Assembly (NCBI GenBank): GCA_042408535.1
Contig: JBHORA010000076.1
Coordinates: 624-64,623, forward strand
Length of the DNA stretch: 64,000 nt
Origin: Chloroflexota bacterium
Lineage (GTDB): Bacteria > Chloroflexota > Limnocylindria > Limnocylindrales > CSP1-4
Reading direction: 5' to 3'
In this document: piece by piece, positions 1 to 9,793 of the stretch
Position numbering within the stretch: the first letter of the stretch is position 1
Layout of the letters: every line of letters begins with the position of its first letter
Program-made: the position numbers and the translations under genes
The notes under the pieces: model-generated
Database searches by the model: none
What the model saw: only the letters and a program-made list of their open reading frames with translations
Told to the model about the DNA's origin: nothing

Positions 1-1
1 C

Positions 2-919
2 GGATCCTGGTGGTTCACGAAGACGACCAACCTCGGCGCAGCCGCCATCCGTTCTGTGACGGACGCCATCCAGGGCGAAATGTCGGAGGCGGCCACCGGC
101 GGCGTCGGCTTCTTCGTAGCCGCCAACCAGGAAGGCGGCCAGATCCAGGCCCTGGCGGGGCCCGGGTTCGAGACGATCCCGGCCGCCCTCGAGCAGGGGA
201 CCTGGTCCGTGGCGACGCTTCGAGCCCGAGCGACCCGGTGGGGGCGCGAGCTCCTGGCCGCGGGCGTCAACCTCGATTTCGCTCCGGTCGCCGACGTCGT
301 ACCGAGCGAGAACGCCCAGACGAACGCCCCGATCGGTGCCCTCGAGCGGGAGTTCGGCTTCGAGCCGGACCGGGTGGCGAGCCACGTGGCCGCCTTCGCC
401 GGGGGGATGGCCTCAGCGGGCGTCGTGACGACGGTCAAGCACTTCCCGGGACTGGGCAGGGTGGCCGAGAACACCGACTTCGCGGCCGGTGTCGTCGACA
501 CGGTGACGACAGCCGACGATCCCTACCTCGCGCCCTTCCGACGCGGCGTCGAGGCGGGCGTCCCCGCCGTCATGGTCTCCCTCGCGACGTACGAGGCCAT
601 TGACCCGACGGCGATCGCCGCCTTCTCACCGTCGATCATCGGTGGACTCCTCCGAGACGACCTCGGCTTCGAGGGGCTCGTCCTCTCGGACAGCCTATCC
701 GCCGAGGCGGTCGCCTCCATCCCGCCCGGGACCCGTGCCATTCGCTTCCTCGAAGCGGGTGGTGACGTCGTCGTCGTCCGGCCGGTGAGCGTTGCCGTCG
801 AGATGGCGAGGGCGGTGGCGGCTCGGGCTGCGGAGCTGCCTTCGTTCCGGGTGCAGATCGACACCGCCGCCCTGCGCGTCCTGCGGGCGAAAGTGGCGGT
901 CGGCCTCGTAGCGTGTTGA
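2..919 (+). CDS. Glycoside hydrolase family 3 beta-N-acetylhexosaminidase (NagZ-like), 5' end cut by window edge
   Basis: Frame is open from base 2 (track ORF 56..919 starts at an internal GTG). GH3-type motifs VKHFPGLG, FAPVADV, LVLSDSL. High GC3. Confidence 0.8.
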   Translation, partial: GSWWFTKTTNLGAAAIRSVTDAIQGEMSEAATGGVGFFVAANQEGGQIQALAGPGFETIPAALEQGTWSVATLRARATRWGRELLAAGVNLDFAPVADVVPSENAQTNAPIGALEREFGFEPDRVASHVAAFAGGMASAGVVTTVKHFPGLGRVAENTDFAAGVVDTVTTADDPYLAPFRRGVEAGVPAVMVSLATYEAIDPTAIAAFSPSIIGGLLRDDLGFEGLVLSDSLSAEAVASIPPGTRAIRFLEAGGDVVVVRPVSVAVEMARAVAARAAELPSFRVQIDTAALRVLRAKVAVGLVAC

Positions 920-1228
920 GGACGCCATCGGCGGAGCGACCGGGCCGAGAAGCCGAGGATGCGAACGGGGCGGTCGGCCCCGTGGCGCGTCGAGGCAGAC
1001 GCTCGAGGCAGGTTGACGTCGTCGACCGTGCTCGGCGCGCTCCCAGCGTGAGCCGACGGTCATCGCGTGGCCGGAGGCAGACGCTCGGCGACGGCTAACC
1101 CCGTCCCGCCCACGTCCGAGGCTGCGGTCTCGAGGCTGACGGCGCGTCGACGATGACCGTCGAGTCGTGCGGTGCCTGCGAGCCTGCCGGTCGGCGGACG
1201 GCGGTCGTCCGCCGCTTGGGCGAGCCCC

Positions 1229-2389
1229 TCAGCGCAATCTCCGGACGAGGCGCCAAAGGGCGCCGAGCCAGGGACTGCTCGACACCTCCTGGGCAGCAAC
1301 GAAGGAGACCGGCCGCGCCCCGAAGCCCCGCTTGAATAGGTAGAGGTTCCAGAGGGGGTGCTCGGGGCCCTCCGGGATCCCCGGCGCCCTAGGCGTGTCG
1401 ACGCCGCCGAGATCGTAGGCCCGAAAGCCTGCCTCCGCCGCCCACCGGAGGATCGACCACTGGAGGAGGTGGTTCGCGTTCGTCTCGGCGAGGCGAGCGT
1501 CGTCGGCCGAGCCAGCCTGGTAGAGGTGCAGCCGATCCCCGCAGCGGAGGACGACGGCACCGACGTCGCGGCGCCCGTCGGGGCCGGCGAACCAAAGTCG
1601 GGCGTGGCCTGCCGCAAGGAGCGAGCGCCACTGGGCGATCTGGTACTCGCGGGCCCGGAGGACGATCCCCTCGCGGCGCGCCGTGGCGGCGAGGAGGTCC
1701 CACATCCTCGCCAAGGCTGCCTCGAGGGGACCGCCGAGCGTCGAGAGGTTGGCGAGGGTCGAGGAGCCGGCCTCGGCGGTATCGAGGGGGACGAGCTCGA
1801 CGGTGACCCCGGCCCGTCGGGCGCGGTTGATGAGGTTGGCGGTGCTCTTGCGGAGGAGGCGATGCTGCTCGCGCTCGTCGGCCGCCAGGGGAACGAGCAT
1901 CGCCGTCCGCGAGACTTGAATCGGCCGCGGGCTCGGGCGGAAGCCGGCCGAGGCGAGGGCCGCGGCCGCCGGCCCGCCGTCCTCCCAAAGCGGATCGACG
2001 GTCAGGGCGAGGGCACGCCGTCGACGGGCGAGGTCGACGAGGGCCCGGAGGAGGGTCGGCGCGCTCCGGTCGGTGTCGCCGAGGAGGATCGGGCCTCGGG
2101 GAGCATAGAGGATCGACCAGCGGCCGACGCGCCGCTCCTGGAGCGAGACGACCCCCAGCCAGCCGTCCGACGAGCCGGCGGCTCGGATCGCCAGGCGCCG
2201 GATCCGCCAGCCACCTTCGGCCTTCAGTGCACCCCAAGCGTGGGACTGGAAGGCATGGCCGCCTGGAGAGCGGACGGCGAGCTCGTCCCAGGCCGGCGCC
2301 GGCCAGTCCGTCGCGTCGACGACGTCGGCCGGAAGGATGCCGTCGAGCGTGCGAGGAGCCGTCGGTCGGCCTGCGTCCTCGTTCGTCAC
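1229..2389 (-). CDS. FemAB-family peptidoglycan interpeptide-bridge aminoacyltransferase-like protein
   Basis: 386-aa ORF with FemX/FemAB-like two-lobed acyltransferase sequence (HLLQWSILRWAAEAGFRAYDLGG). GTG start overlaps the murJ stop by 4 nt (GTGA at 2386-2389). Confidence 0.75.
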   Translation of the reverse strand: MTNEDAGRPTAPRTLDGILPADVVDATDWPAPAWDELAVRSPGGHAFQSHAWGALKAEGGWRIRRLAIRAAGSSDGWLGVVSLQERRVGRWSILYAPRGPILLGDTDRSAPTLLRALVDLARRRRALALTVDPLWEDGGPAAAALASAGFRPSPRPIQVSRTAMLVPLAADEREQHRLLRKSTANLINRARRAGVTVELVPLDTAEAGSSTLANLSTLGGPLEAALARMWDLLAATARREGIVLRAREYQIAQWRSLLAAGHARLWFAGPDGRRDVGAVVLRCGDRLHLYQAGSADDARLAETNANHLLQWSILRWAAEAGFRAYDLGGVDTPRAPGIPEGPEHPLWNLYLFKRGFGARPVSFVAAQEVSSSPWLGALWRLVRRLR

Positions 2390-3978
2390 GGTCGCGGAGC
2401 GCCGTTCGTCGGCCAGCGGGCCGCAAGACGGCCGGGCAGGAGAGGACCCAGCTCGCCGAGCTCTGGGCTCGAGCGGAGCCGGGCGTAGGCGAGGTAACCG
2501 AGGGCTCCCGCCGCCGACGCGACGAACCCTCGCCCGAGCCAGACGATCGGGCCACCGAGGGCGTCGCCGACGAGGCCGACGAGGATCCGATCGACGGCGA
2601 GGACGATGGCACCTGCGAGGAGGGCGCCGACGGCGTGACCGAGACCCGACCGCAGGATCGGACCTTGGCGGAACCCGGGGGCGAGCCGTGTCATCCAGAT
2701 CACGAGCAAGCCGACCTCGAGCCAGGCCCCGAGACCGATGGCGAGGGCGAGGCCTGGGGTCCCGAGGAGCTGAGCGAGGACGATGGCGGCCGGTACGTCG
2801 AGGGCGACGGCTGCCAATGCGGCGACCACCGGACGCAGGGTGTCGCGCCGAGCGTAGAAGGCCCGGGCGAGGACGGCGACAAGGGCCTCGGGGGTGAGGG
2901 CGAGGAGGAAGGCTTGCAGGGTCACGGCGGTCCGCTCGACGGCTGTCGGATCGAAGCGGCCGTAGCCAACGAGGAGCCGGACGAGGGGCTCGGCGAGGAC
3001 CACCATCGCGACCGACAGCGGCAGCATGACGAAGAGGAGGAGCCGGAGCGAGCGCTCGAGGAGCTCGTGGTAGCGCTCGTTGGCTCCCCGAGCCTGGGCG
3101 GCGGCGAGCGACGGCAGGAGGATGATGCCGAGCGGCAACCCGATGAGCCCGACCGGGATCTGGAGGACCGTGAAGGCGACCGTGTAGACCGACACGGCCC
3201 CGGGCCCGAGGGCCGAGGCGAGGCTCGTGTTGACGAGAAAGACGACCTGGGTTGCCCCGAGGCCAAGGGCCCGGGGGACGAGGAGCCTGACCGTCTCGCC
3301 GACGGCGGGGTCCCCCAGGTCGACAGCGACGAAGCGCCGCGCCCGGCCCACGAGCTGGGGGAGCTGGATCCCTAGGTGAGCCGCCGCTCCGACGACGACG
3401 GCGATGGCGACCCCGACGATCCCGAAGGGACCCGCGAGGAGGATCGCCCCGATGATGATGGCGGTGTTGTAGGCGACCGGCGCGAGACCCGCGGCGAGGA
3501 AGCGTTCCTGGCTATTGAGGACTGCCGTGGCGACGGTCCCGAGGGTGAGGAGGACGGTCGAGAGGAGGAGGATTCGGGTGAGATCGGTGGCCATGGCTTG
3601 CTGCTCGGGCGGAAACCCGGGCCCGACGAGGGGCAGGATCGCCGGCGCAGCGATCGCAGCGCCGAGGGCCAGAAGGCCGACGACCCCAAAGACGAGGGCG
3701 GCGACGGAGCCGGCGACGCGCCAGGCGCGAGCCCCCTGGTCGGTGGCGAAGAGCCCGCTCAGGACTGGAACGAGGGCGGACGAGAGGGCGCCTGCCGCCG
3801 CCAGCTGGAAGACGGCGTCGGGGATCCGAAAGGCTGCGAAGAAGGCGTCGAGTTCCGGGCCGGCTCCGAACAGGGCGCCGATGACGGCGACGCGAACCCA
3901 GCCCGTGAGGCGCGAGGCGAGGAAGGCGAGGGCCAGGCCCAGGCCGGCCCTGGCCAGCGGCCGTCGGGCGGTACTCAT
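2386..3978 (-). CDS. murJ: Lipid II flippase MurJ (MviN family)
   Basis: Real gene is the C-terminal 530 codons of track ORF 2386..4971, starting at ATG 3978 (MSTARRPLARAG...). Polytopic membrane protein with MurJ-like N-terminus (LASRLTGWVRVAVIGALFGAGPELDAFFAAFRIPD). Confidence 0.9.
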   Translation of the reverse strand: MSTARRPLARAGLGLALAFLASRLTGWVRVAVIGALFGAGPELDAFFAAFRIPDAVFQLAAAGALSSALVPVLSGLFATDQGARAWRVAGSVAALVFGVVGLLALGAAIAAPAILPLVGPGFPPEQQAMATDLTRILLLSTVLLTLGTVATAVLNSQERFLAAGLAPVAYNTAIIIGAILLAGPFGIVGVAIAVVVGAAAHLGIQLPQLVGRARRFVAVDLGDPAVGETVRLLVPRALGLGATQVVFLVNTSLASALGPGAVSVYTVAFTVLQIPVGLIGLPLGIILLPSLAAAQARGANERYHELLERSLRLLLFVMLPLSVAMVVLAEPLVRLLVGYGRFDPTAVERTAVTLQAFLLALTPEALVAVLARAFYARRDTLRPVVAALAAVALDVPAAIVLAQLLGTPGLALAIGLGAWLEVGLLVIWMTRLAPGFRQGPILRSGLGHAVGALLAGAIVLAVDRILVGLVGDALGGPIVWLGRGFVASAAGALGYLAYARLRSSPELGELGPLLPGRLAARWPTNGAPRP

Positions 3979-4001
3979 CGGCCGAGCGCTCCTGCGGCCG
4001 G

Positions 4002-6899
4002 CTACGGGCAGCTCGCCTGGTTCGGCTTCTTCACCTGGAGGACGACCGAGCTTCCCGGGGGCACACTCGTCCCCGGTGCCGGCGATTGGCCGACGACCCT
4101 CCAGTCGGCACCCGCCCCCGGCGGATCGAGCACTGGCTGGAGGCCAGCGGCTGCCACCGCCGCAGCGGCCTCGACCGCCGTCAGGCAGGCGTACGAGCCG
4201 ACGCTGACCGGCTCGGCGCTCGCGCCGGGGCTTGGACACGGCCCCAGGTTCGGGTCGCACGATGGTGGCGGGCTCGGCGACGGCAGGACGATCGGGCACG
4301 TCTCGGTCGGCGGCCACGGCGCTCCCCAGGTCGCTCCATAGGGGCGGAAGCTGCCGTTGTAGAAGTAGCTCGTCCGCGTCTTCCTCGGTCCGCCGGCTAC
4401 CCCCGGACCGCGTTCGGCCCGTCGGACCCAGTCCCGATCGTAGCGTTGCCAGGTCGGGAAGGCGGCATCGATCGCCACGAGAGCGTCCGGGTTGAGGAAG
4501 CCCCTCGTCTCCTTCGGGCCCGCGCAGCCGTCTTGCCAGAGGAGGCCCGTGGCGGCGTCGACGTCGACGGCGATCTTCGTGGTATCGACCTGCGTCGGCG
4601 CCGTGCCGGCGATGAAGATCTCCTTGACGGTCTTCGTCGAGAAGGGGCCCGGCAGCATGCCGCTGAAGGCGTCGACGGTGGCCTCGACGATCCCTCGCGG
4701 GCGGCGGAAGTCGACGATCGGTGTCCCCTTCGTGACCGCGTTCATGAACTCCTGCCAGAGGGGCGTCGGTGCCTCGAGGGAGAAGAGGCCCCCGGCTGGC
4801 GAGTTGTCGCTGTTGCCCATCCAGACGAGGGTGGCGATCGCTGGTGCCTTCGGGTCCTCGGGCGGTGCCACGTAGCCGACCGACATGAGGTCCTTCGTGT
4901 CGTTCGTCGTGCCGGTCTTGAGGGCTGCTGGGCGACGCCGCCCGCCGTCGGTGAGGCGCGCCTGGCCCCAATACGGGTTGACGGCCGGGTTCGTGTTCCC
5001 CGCGAGGATGTCGGTGATGATGTAGGCCGCCTGGGGACTGGCGACAGGTTCTCCCGTCGGGGGCCGATCGGTCGTTGGCCAGACGCGGTTCCCGGACGAG
5101 TCGTAGACCTCCAGGATCGTCCGGCGGGGCATGAGGACGCCACCGTTGGCGATGGCGCCGTAAGCGCCCAAGAGGTCGATCGGGTGGACCTCGAGGGTTC
5201 CGATGGCGATCGAGACGCCCGCCGGGTTCCGATCCTGCTGGAACTGGATCCCGAATCGCTGGGCGTTGGCGAAGACGTGATCGGGGCCGATCATGGCGGC
5301 GGCCTTGATGGCCGGGATGTTCAGGGAGAACTGGAGCGCCTGTCGGAGGCGGAGTGGCCCACGCTCGAGCCCGTCAGCGTCGGTCGGCGTGTAGCCGCCG
5401 CCGAAGTCGGTGACGACGTCCATGAAGGCCGTCGCCGCGGTCAGGATCCGGTCGTCGATGCCGGTGATGTAGTTGATCGGCTTGAAGGCCGATCCCGGTT
5501 GGCGCCAGCCGTCGGCGAGGACGTCGAACTTCGGCTGGAACTGCTTCGTCGCCTTCGGGGCGTAGTAGTCGGCGCTGCCGACGTAGGCGAGGACGTCCCC
5601 GGTCCGGTAGTCGATGGCCGCCATCGCCCCGTTGTGGATCGAGGCGCCCCGGAGCTTCGTGATCCACGACCGGTTCGGCACCCCGACGCTCTTGAGGCAG
5701 GCGGGGGTGTCCTTCTGGTGGGGACAGATGACGGCCGCCTTCAGCCAGCGCTCGGCGGTCTGCTGCATGCCGAGGTCGAGGGTCGTCACGACCCGATACC
5801 CGCCGCTGTCGACGGCCGGGCAGCTGTCCGCCTGGGCGGTCCCGCAGAGGATGGCCCCGAGATCGTGACGGACCTGCCACACGAAGTGGGGGGCCTTCCA
5901 GACGGGCACCGTCTGGGGCGCCAGGATGACCGGTTCCAGCTTCGCCCGGTCGTAGTCGCTCGGCGAGTGTCGTGCCCCGGAGAGGACACTGCGGGTCTTC
6001 ATGAGCTCGAGGATGTAGTTCCGGCGCTGGACGATCGGGGTATCGGCCGGCACGACGAGCTGGACCTTGTCGGGAGGGCAGGCGCCCTCGGCGTCGACCG
6101 GGACCGTACACTCTTCGACGGCGTTCTTGACGAGGTCGTACTGGGAGGGAGCCTGGGGAATGCCGGCCAGGATCGCGGCCTGGGCGAGGGTGAGGTCCTT
6201 GAGGTCCTTCCCGAAGTAGCTTCGGGCTGCGGCGGCGACGCCGTAGCTCTGGTTGCCGTAGTAGTTCGTGTTCAGGTAGTAGGTGATGATCCGCTCCTTC
6301 GCCGCCTCGACGGAGCCGTGCTCCTGGGTCAGGAGCTCCTGGGTGAGTCGGACTGCCTGCACGATCTCCTTGACCTTGCGCTCGTAGCGGGAGCCGGCAA
6401 GGACCTCTTCCGGCAGGAGGAGCTGGCGGACAAGCTGCTGGGTGATCGTCGAGGCGCCGCGCTCGTTGCCGCCGATGGTGCTGATCGCGGCCGAGACGAT
6501 CCCGACGACGTCGAAGCCGGCGTTGTCCCAGAAGGTCTTGTCTTCGATGGCGGTCGTGGCGTCGAGGAGCTCCGGCGGAATCTCGTCGAAGGTGACGACC
6601 TCGCGCCGATCGGAGCCGAAGCGGGCCAGCTCGGTCTGGCCCGTCCGGTCGACGACGATCGTCTGCTGGGAGAAGCGGACGTTGTCGAGGGTCGTGACCG
6701 GGTCGGGGAGTCCGGCAACGATGTTGTTGTAGGCGACAGCGGCAACGGCGAGCCCGGCGAGGCCGAGGGTGACGAAGCTGCCGAAGAGCAACAGAGGGAG
6801 ACCGATGGCGAAGGCGCGGAGGGCGCCGCGCCCGCCGCCGGGGTGCCGCAGCGATCCGTTCCGCCGTCGGCGCTGACGCCGCACGAGGCTGGTCTGCAT
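4002..6899 (-). CDS. Class A penicillin-binding protein (glycosyltransferase 51 + transpeptidase) with C-terminal PASTA-like domain
   Basis: Real gene is part of track ORF 4002..8159, starting at ATG 6899 (MQTSLVRRQRRRR, then a TM segment). GT51 motifs EDKTFWDNAGFD and RGASTITQQL. Transpeptidase motifs SAFKP and KTGTT. The last ~65 aa resemble a PASTA repeat. Confidence 0.9.
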   Translation of the reverse strand: MQTSLVRRQRRRRNGSLRHPGGGRGALRAFAIGLPLLLFGSFVTLGLAGLAVAAVAYNNIVAGLPDPVTTLDNVRFSQQTIVVDRTGQTELARFGSDRREVVTFDEIPPELLDATTAIEDKTFWDNAGFDVVGIVSAAISTIGGNERGASTITQQLVRQLLLPEEVLAGSRYERKVKEIVQAVRLTQELLTQEHGSVEAAKERIITYYLNTNYYGNQSYGVAAAARSYFGKDLKDLTLAQAAILAGIPQAPSQYDLVKNAVEECTVPVDAEGACPPDKVQLVVPADTPIVQRRNYILELMKTRSVLSGARHSPSDYDRAKLEPVILAPQTVPVWKAPHFVWQVRHDLGAILCGTAQADSCPAVDSGGYRVVTTLDLGMQQTAERWLKAAVICPHQKDTPACLKSVGVPNRSWITKLRGASIHNGAMAAIDYRTGDVLAYVGSADYYAPKATKQFQPKFDVLADGWRQPGSAFKPINYITGIDDRILTAATAFMDVVTDFGGGYTPTDADGLERGPLRLRQALQFSLNIPAIKAAAMIGPDHVFANAQRFGIQFQQDRNPAGVSIAIGTLEVHPIDLLGAYGAIANGGVLMPRRTILEVYDSSGNRVWPTTDRPPTGEPVASPQAAYIITDILAGNTNPAVNPYWGQARLTDGGRRRPAALKTGTTNDTKDLMSVGYVAPPEDPKAPAIATLVWMGNSDNSPAGGLFSLEAPTPLWQEFMNAVTKGTPIVDFRRPRGIVEATVDAFSGMLPGPFSTKTVKEIFIAGTAPTQVDTTKIAVDVDAATGLLWQDGCAGPKETRGFLNPDALVAIDAAFPTWQRYDRDWVRRAERGPGVAGGPRKTRTSYFYNGSFRPYGATWGAPWPPTETCPIVLPSPSPPPSCDPNLGPCPSPGASAEPVSVGSYACLTAVEAAAAVAAAGLQPVLDPPGAGADWRVVGQSPAPGTSVPPGSSVVLQVKKPNQASCP

Positions 6900-7027
6900 G
6901 CCAAGGAGGGACGATAGCACAGCCCTCGAGACGGCCCTCGATGGTGTCGGGCGGCTCGTGTCCGTCTCCGGGCCGAGCCTGATACGCTCACCGGGTCGGG
7001 GGCGGGCTACGCAGGAAGGAGGCGGCG

Positions 7028-7333
7028 ATGTTCTATACCCACGGCCGGTGGACGGTTCGAGCAGGACGGGAAGATGAGTTCGTCGCGCTGTGGCGGGCGT
7101 TCGCCGAGTGGGCTGCCGCCCACCTCCCGGACGCCCGATGGGCCGTTCTCTCGAGAAACCGCGATCGCCCGAACGAGTTCGTGAGCTTCGGCCCCTGGCC
7201 AACGCTCGAGGCGATCGACGACTTCCGGAGCCGACCCGAATTCGCCGCCGCCCTGGCCGGGATGCGGCCGCTCTTGGACAGCGTTGAGACGGCGACCCTC
7301 GAGGAGGTCGTGGTCGTCGGCGAGCCGGGCTAG
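7028..7333 (+). CDS. Antibiotic-biosynthesis-monooxygenase (ABM/Dabb fold)-like small protein
   Basis: 101-aa ORF preceded by AGGAAGGAGG Shine-Dalgarno. ABM-like length and sequence pattern. Divergent from the PBP gene. Confidence 0.6.
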   Translation: MFYTHGRWTVRAGREDEFVALWRAFAEWAAAHLPDARWAVLSRNRDRPNEFVSFGPWPTLEAIDDFRSRPEFAAALAGMRPLLDSVETATLEEVVVVGEPG

Positions 7334-7454
7334 CCGGGCTCGGAGGGCGGGCAGCGTCGAGCCGGGGAGGTGGCGGGGCCCCGGCACCTCCGGGGGACAG
7401 GACGAATGGGTGGGCCGTCGACAGACCGACCGGTCGGTCGGTAGACTGGTCGCC

Positions 7455-8096
7455 GTGACGGGCCAGTTCTCCGGGCGATCCCTCGCTGAACGCTCCCGCC
7501 GCCGGCGAGAGCGGATCCTCGACGCGGCTGCCCACGTCTTCGGCCGGGCCGGCTACCGCGACGCCGCCGTCGACGACATCGCTCGCGAGGCGGAGACGAG
7601 CAAGGGTGGGATCTACTTCCACTTCCCGACGAAGGAGTCGATCTTCATCGAGCTCATCCGCTCGACGGCCGATCGACTCCTGGCGAAGGTCGAACGCGAG
7701 GTGGCCCGCGAGAGCGACCCGGTCCTTCAGGCCGACGCGGCGATCCACACCGTCCTTCGGACCTTCGCCGGCCACCGCTCGATGGCCCGTCTCCTCCTCG
7801 TCGACGCCCTCGGCGCGGGGCGACCGTTCCGAGCCGAGCTCCTCCGCCTCCACGAACGGTTCGGTGACCTCATCGCCGGCTACCTCGAGCGGGCGGTCGC
7901 CGACGGGGTCATCGCGCCCCTTGACACGAGGGTCGCCGGGGCGGCCTGGTTCGGGGCGATCCACGAAGTCGTCCTCCGCTGGCTCGTCGCTGATCGGCCA
8001 CCGCCTCTCGAGACCGCCTACCCAACCCTCCGTCTCGTCCTGTTGCGGAGCGTCGGCGTGCCCGAGGAACGGCTGGCGCAGCTGCCGGACCGATGA
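7455..8096 (+). CDS. TetR-family transcriptional regulator
   Basis: N-terminal TetR HTH (RERILDAAAHVFGRAGYRDAAVDDIAREAETSKGGIYFHFPTKESIF). GTG 7455 chosen as the first plausible start in the 7284..8096 frame. Stop overlaps the menF ATG (ATGA at 8093-8096). Confidence 0.85.
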   Translation: MTGQFSGRSLAERSRRRRERILDAAAHVFGRAGYRDAAVDDIAREAETSKGGIYFHFPTKESIFIELIRSTADRLLAKVEREVARESDPVLQADAAIHTVLRTFAGHRSMARLLLVDALGAGRPFRAELLRLHERFGDLIAGYLERAVADGVIAPLDTRVAGAAWFGAIHEVVLRWLVADRPPPLETAYPTLRLVLLRSVGVPEERLAQLPDR

Positions 8097-9793
8097 ACGA
8101 CCGCAAGCGCCTCGGGGCTGCCGTCGTCGAGAAGCCGGGCCTCTTCGCCGACGGGGCACCGGCCGAGCCTGGCCCCAGGGAGCCGACCGTCGCGGACGGA
8201 GGACGGACCGACGGCGGTGACGGCTTCGGGGCGAACGTCGCCTCGATCCTGGGGCCTGAACGCGGAGCCCGTCCCGGAGGTACGAGGGGGCCGATCCTCC
8301 CGGCCGAACTCGACGCCGACCTGGTGGCCGAGCTGACCACCCTCCACCGGCAGGCGCCCTCGGCCCGGCTCGTCGTCGCCTCCCTGCCGATCGATGAGGT
8401 CGACCCGATCGAGCTCGTCCGGGCTGCCCTCGCCGCCCGCGAGAGCGTCGCTCTCTGGTCCCAGCCGGCTGGCCAGACGATCGTCGGCATCGGCGCGGCG
8501 ATGGAGATCGCCCTCGAGGGCCCGGATCGGTTCAACGACGCCGCCCGGGCCTGGCGCGCCGTCGCTGCCGACACCGTCGTCGGAGGATCGGCGGCGGCCT
8601 CACCCGGAGCGTGGCCGATTCTCCTCGGCGGGGCCACCTTCGCGCCGACCCCTTCGAAGGATCCCCGCTGGCGGGGCTTCGAGACGGGCTGGCTCCGCCT
8701 CCCACGCCTCATCGTCCGCTCGACCGATGGCGGTTGGTCCGCCGGGGCGTCGATCCTCATCGACGACCCATCGGCGGTCGAGGTGGCCATCGTCGGGCTT
8801 CATGACCTGCTCCGACGGCTCGTGTCCGGTGGGCCGGATGCTCGGCCGCGGGGGACGGCCGAGGCGGCGGAGGCGGCCCTGCCCCTCCTCCGGCGAGCCG
8901 GCGGGCAGCCCGACAGGCGGGCCTGGGAGGCCGCCGTCGCCCGGGCAGCCGGGGCGGTGAGCCGGGGGAGGATCGACAAGCTCGTCCTCGCCCGACGGAT
9001 CGACGTCGCGGCGAGCGATCCGTTCGACGTTCCGGCGACGCTCCGGAGGCTCGCCGCGGTGGCTTCGAGGGCGACGATCTTCGCCTTCAGCCCGACCGAG
9101 GCTCCCGAGCGCGTGTTCATCGGCGCCTCGCCGGAGCGGCTCGTCGAGGTGCGGGGCCGCGCGTTCCGGACGATCGCCCTCGCCGGAACGATCGGCCGGG
9201 GGCGCGACCCCGAGGAGGACGATCGGCTGGCGGCGACGCTCCTCGCCTCGGAGAAGGATCGCGAAGAGCACGCCATCGTCGTGGCGATGCTCCGCTCAAC
9301 CCTCGAGCCCCTCGCCGAGCGACTCGACGTGGGCCGGAGCCCCGAGGTCGTCCGACTTCGGACGGTCCAGCACCTGGCGACGCCGATCGCCGGTCGGCTC
9401 CGGGACGGGGAGGGGATCCTCGGCCTCGTCGGGCGTCTCCATCCGACGCCGGCCGTCGGGGGCTGGCCGCGGGAGGCGGCCCTTGCCCTCCTCGCTGAGG
9501 AGGAGCGCCTCGACCGCGGCTGGTACGCAGGCCCGATTGGCTGGGTCGGTGCCGACGGCGACGGAGAGTTCGTCGTCGGGATCCGGTCGGGGGTCGTGGA
9601 CGGCGACCGGGCGAGCCTCTTCGCCGGCTGCGGGATCGTCGCCGATTCGGAGCCCGAGCGGGAGTGGGAGGAATCCGAGCTGAAGCTGGCGGCCCTGGCC
9701 GAAGCCCTCGGGCGGTTCGATGGCGGGGAACGGGTGGACCGTGAGGAACGGTTCGACCGTGGGGAACGGTCCGAAGGCGAGGAGATTCCATGA
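8093..9793 (+). CDS. menF: Isochorismate synthase
   Basis: Chorismate-binding domain (GIRSGVVDGDRASLFAGCGIVADSEPEREWEESELK). Sits in a men operon. C-terminal tail is built from an 18-bp tandem repeat. True start may be downstream of 8093. Confidence 0.85.
   Translation: MNDRKRLGAAVVEKPGLFADGAPAEPGPREPTVADGGRTDGGDGFGANVASILGPERGARPGGTRGPILPAELDADLVAELTTLHRQAPSARLVVASLPIDEVDPIELVRAALAARESVALWSQPAGQTIVGIGAAMEIALEGPDRFNDAARAWRAVAADTVVGGSAAASPGAWPILLGGATFAPTPSKDPRWRGFETGWLRLPRLIVRSTDGGWSAGASILIDDPSAVEVAIVGLHDLLRRLVSGGPDARPRGTAEAAEAALPLLRRAGGQPDRRAWEAAVARAAGAVSRGRIDKLVLARRIDVAASDPFDVPATLRRLAAVASRATIFAFSPTEAPERVFIGASPERLVEVRGRAFRTIALAGTIGRGRDPEEDDRLAATLLASEKDREEHAIVVAMLRSTLEPLAERLDVGRSPEVVRLRTVQHLATPIAGRLRDGEGILGLVGRLHPTPAVGGWPREAALALLAEEERLDRGWYAGPIGWVGADGDGEFVVGIRSGVVDGDRASLFAGCGIVADSEPEREWEESELKLAALAEALGRFDGGERVDREERFDRGERSEGEEIP
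9725..9778 (+). repeat. 18-bp in-frame tandem repeat x3 at the menF 3' end
   Basis: GGGGAACGGGTGGACCGT / GAGGAACGGTTCGACCGT / GGGGAACGGTCCGAAGGC, encoding GERVDR-EERFDR-GERSEG. Confidence 0.85.

Noticed and set aside
4002-8159. 1385-aa ORF in the track, and similar giants (2386..4971, 18211..20751, 42725..45151, 43606..45444, 10931..13399)
   Set aside because: In this stop-poor GC-rich DNA the frames run on upstream of the real starts. Only the C-terminal parts show recognisable domains. The upstream parts are Arg/Pro/Gly-rich and overlap well-supported genes on the other strand.
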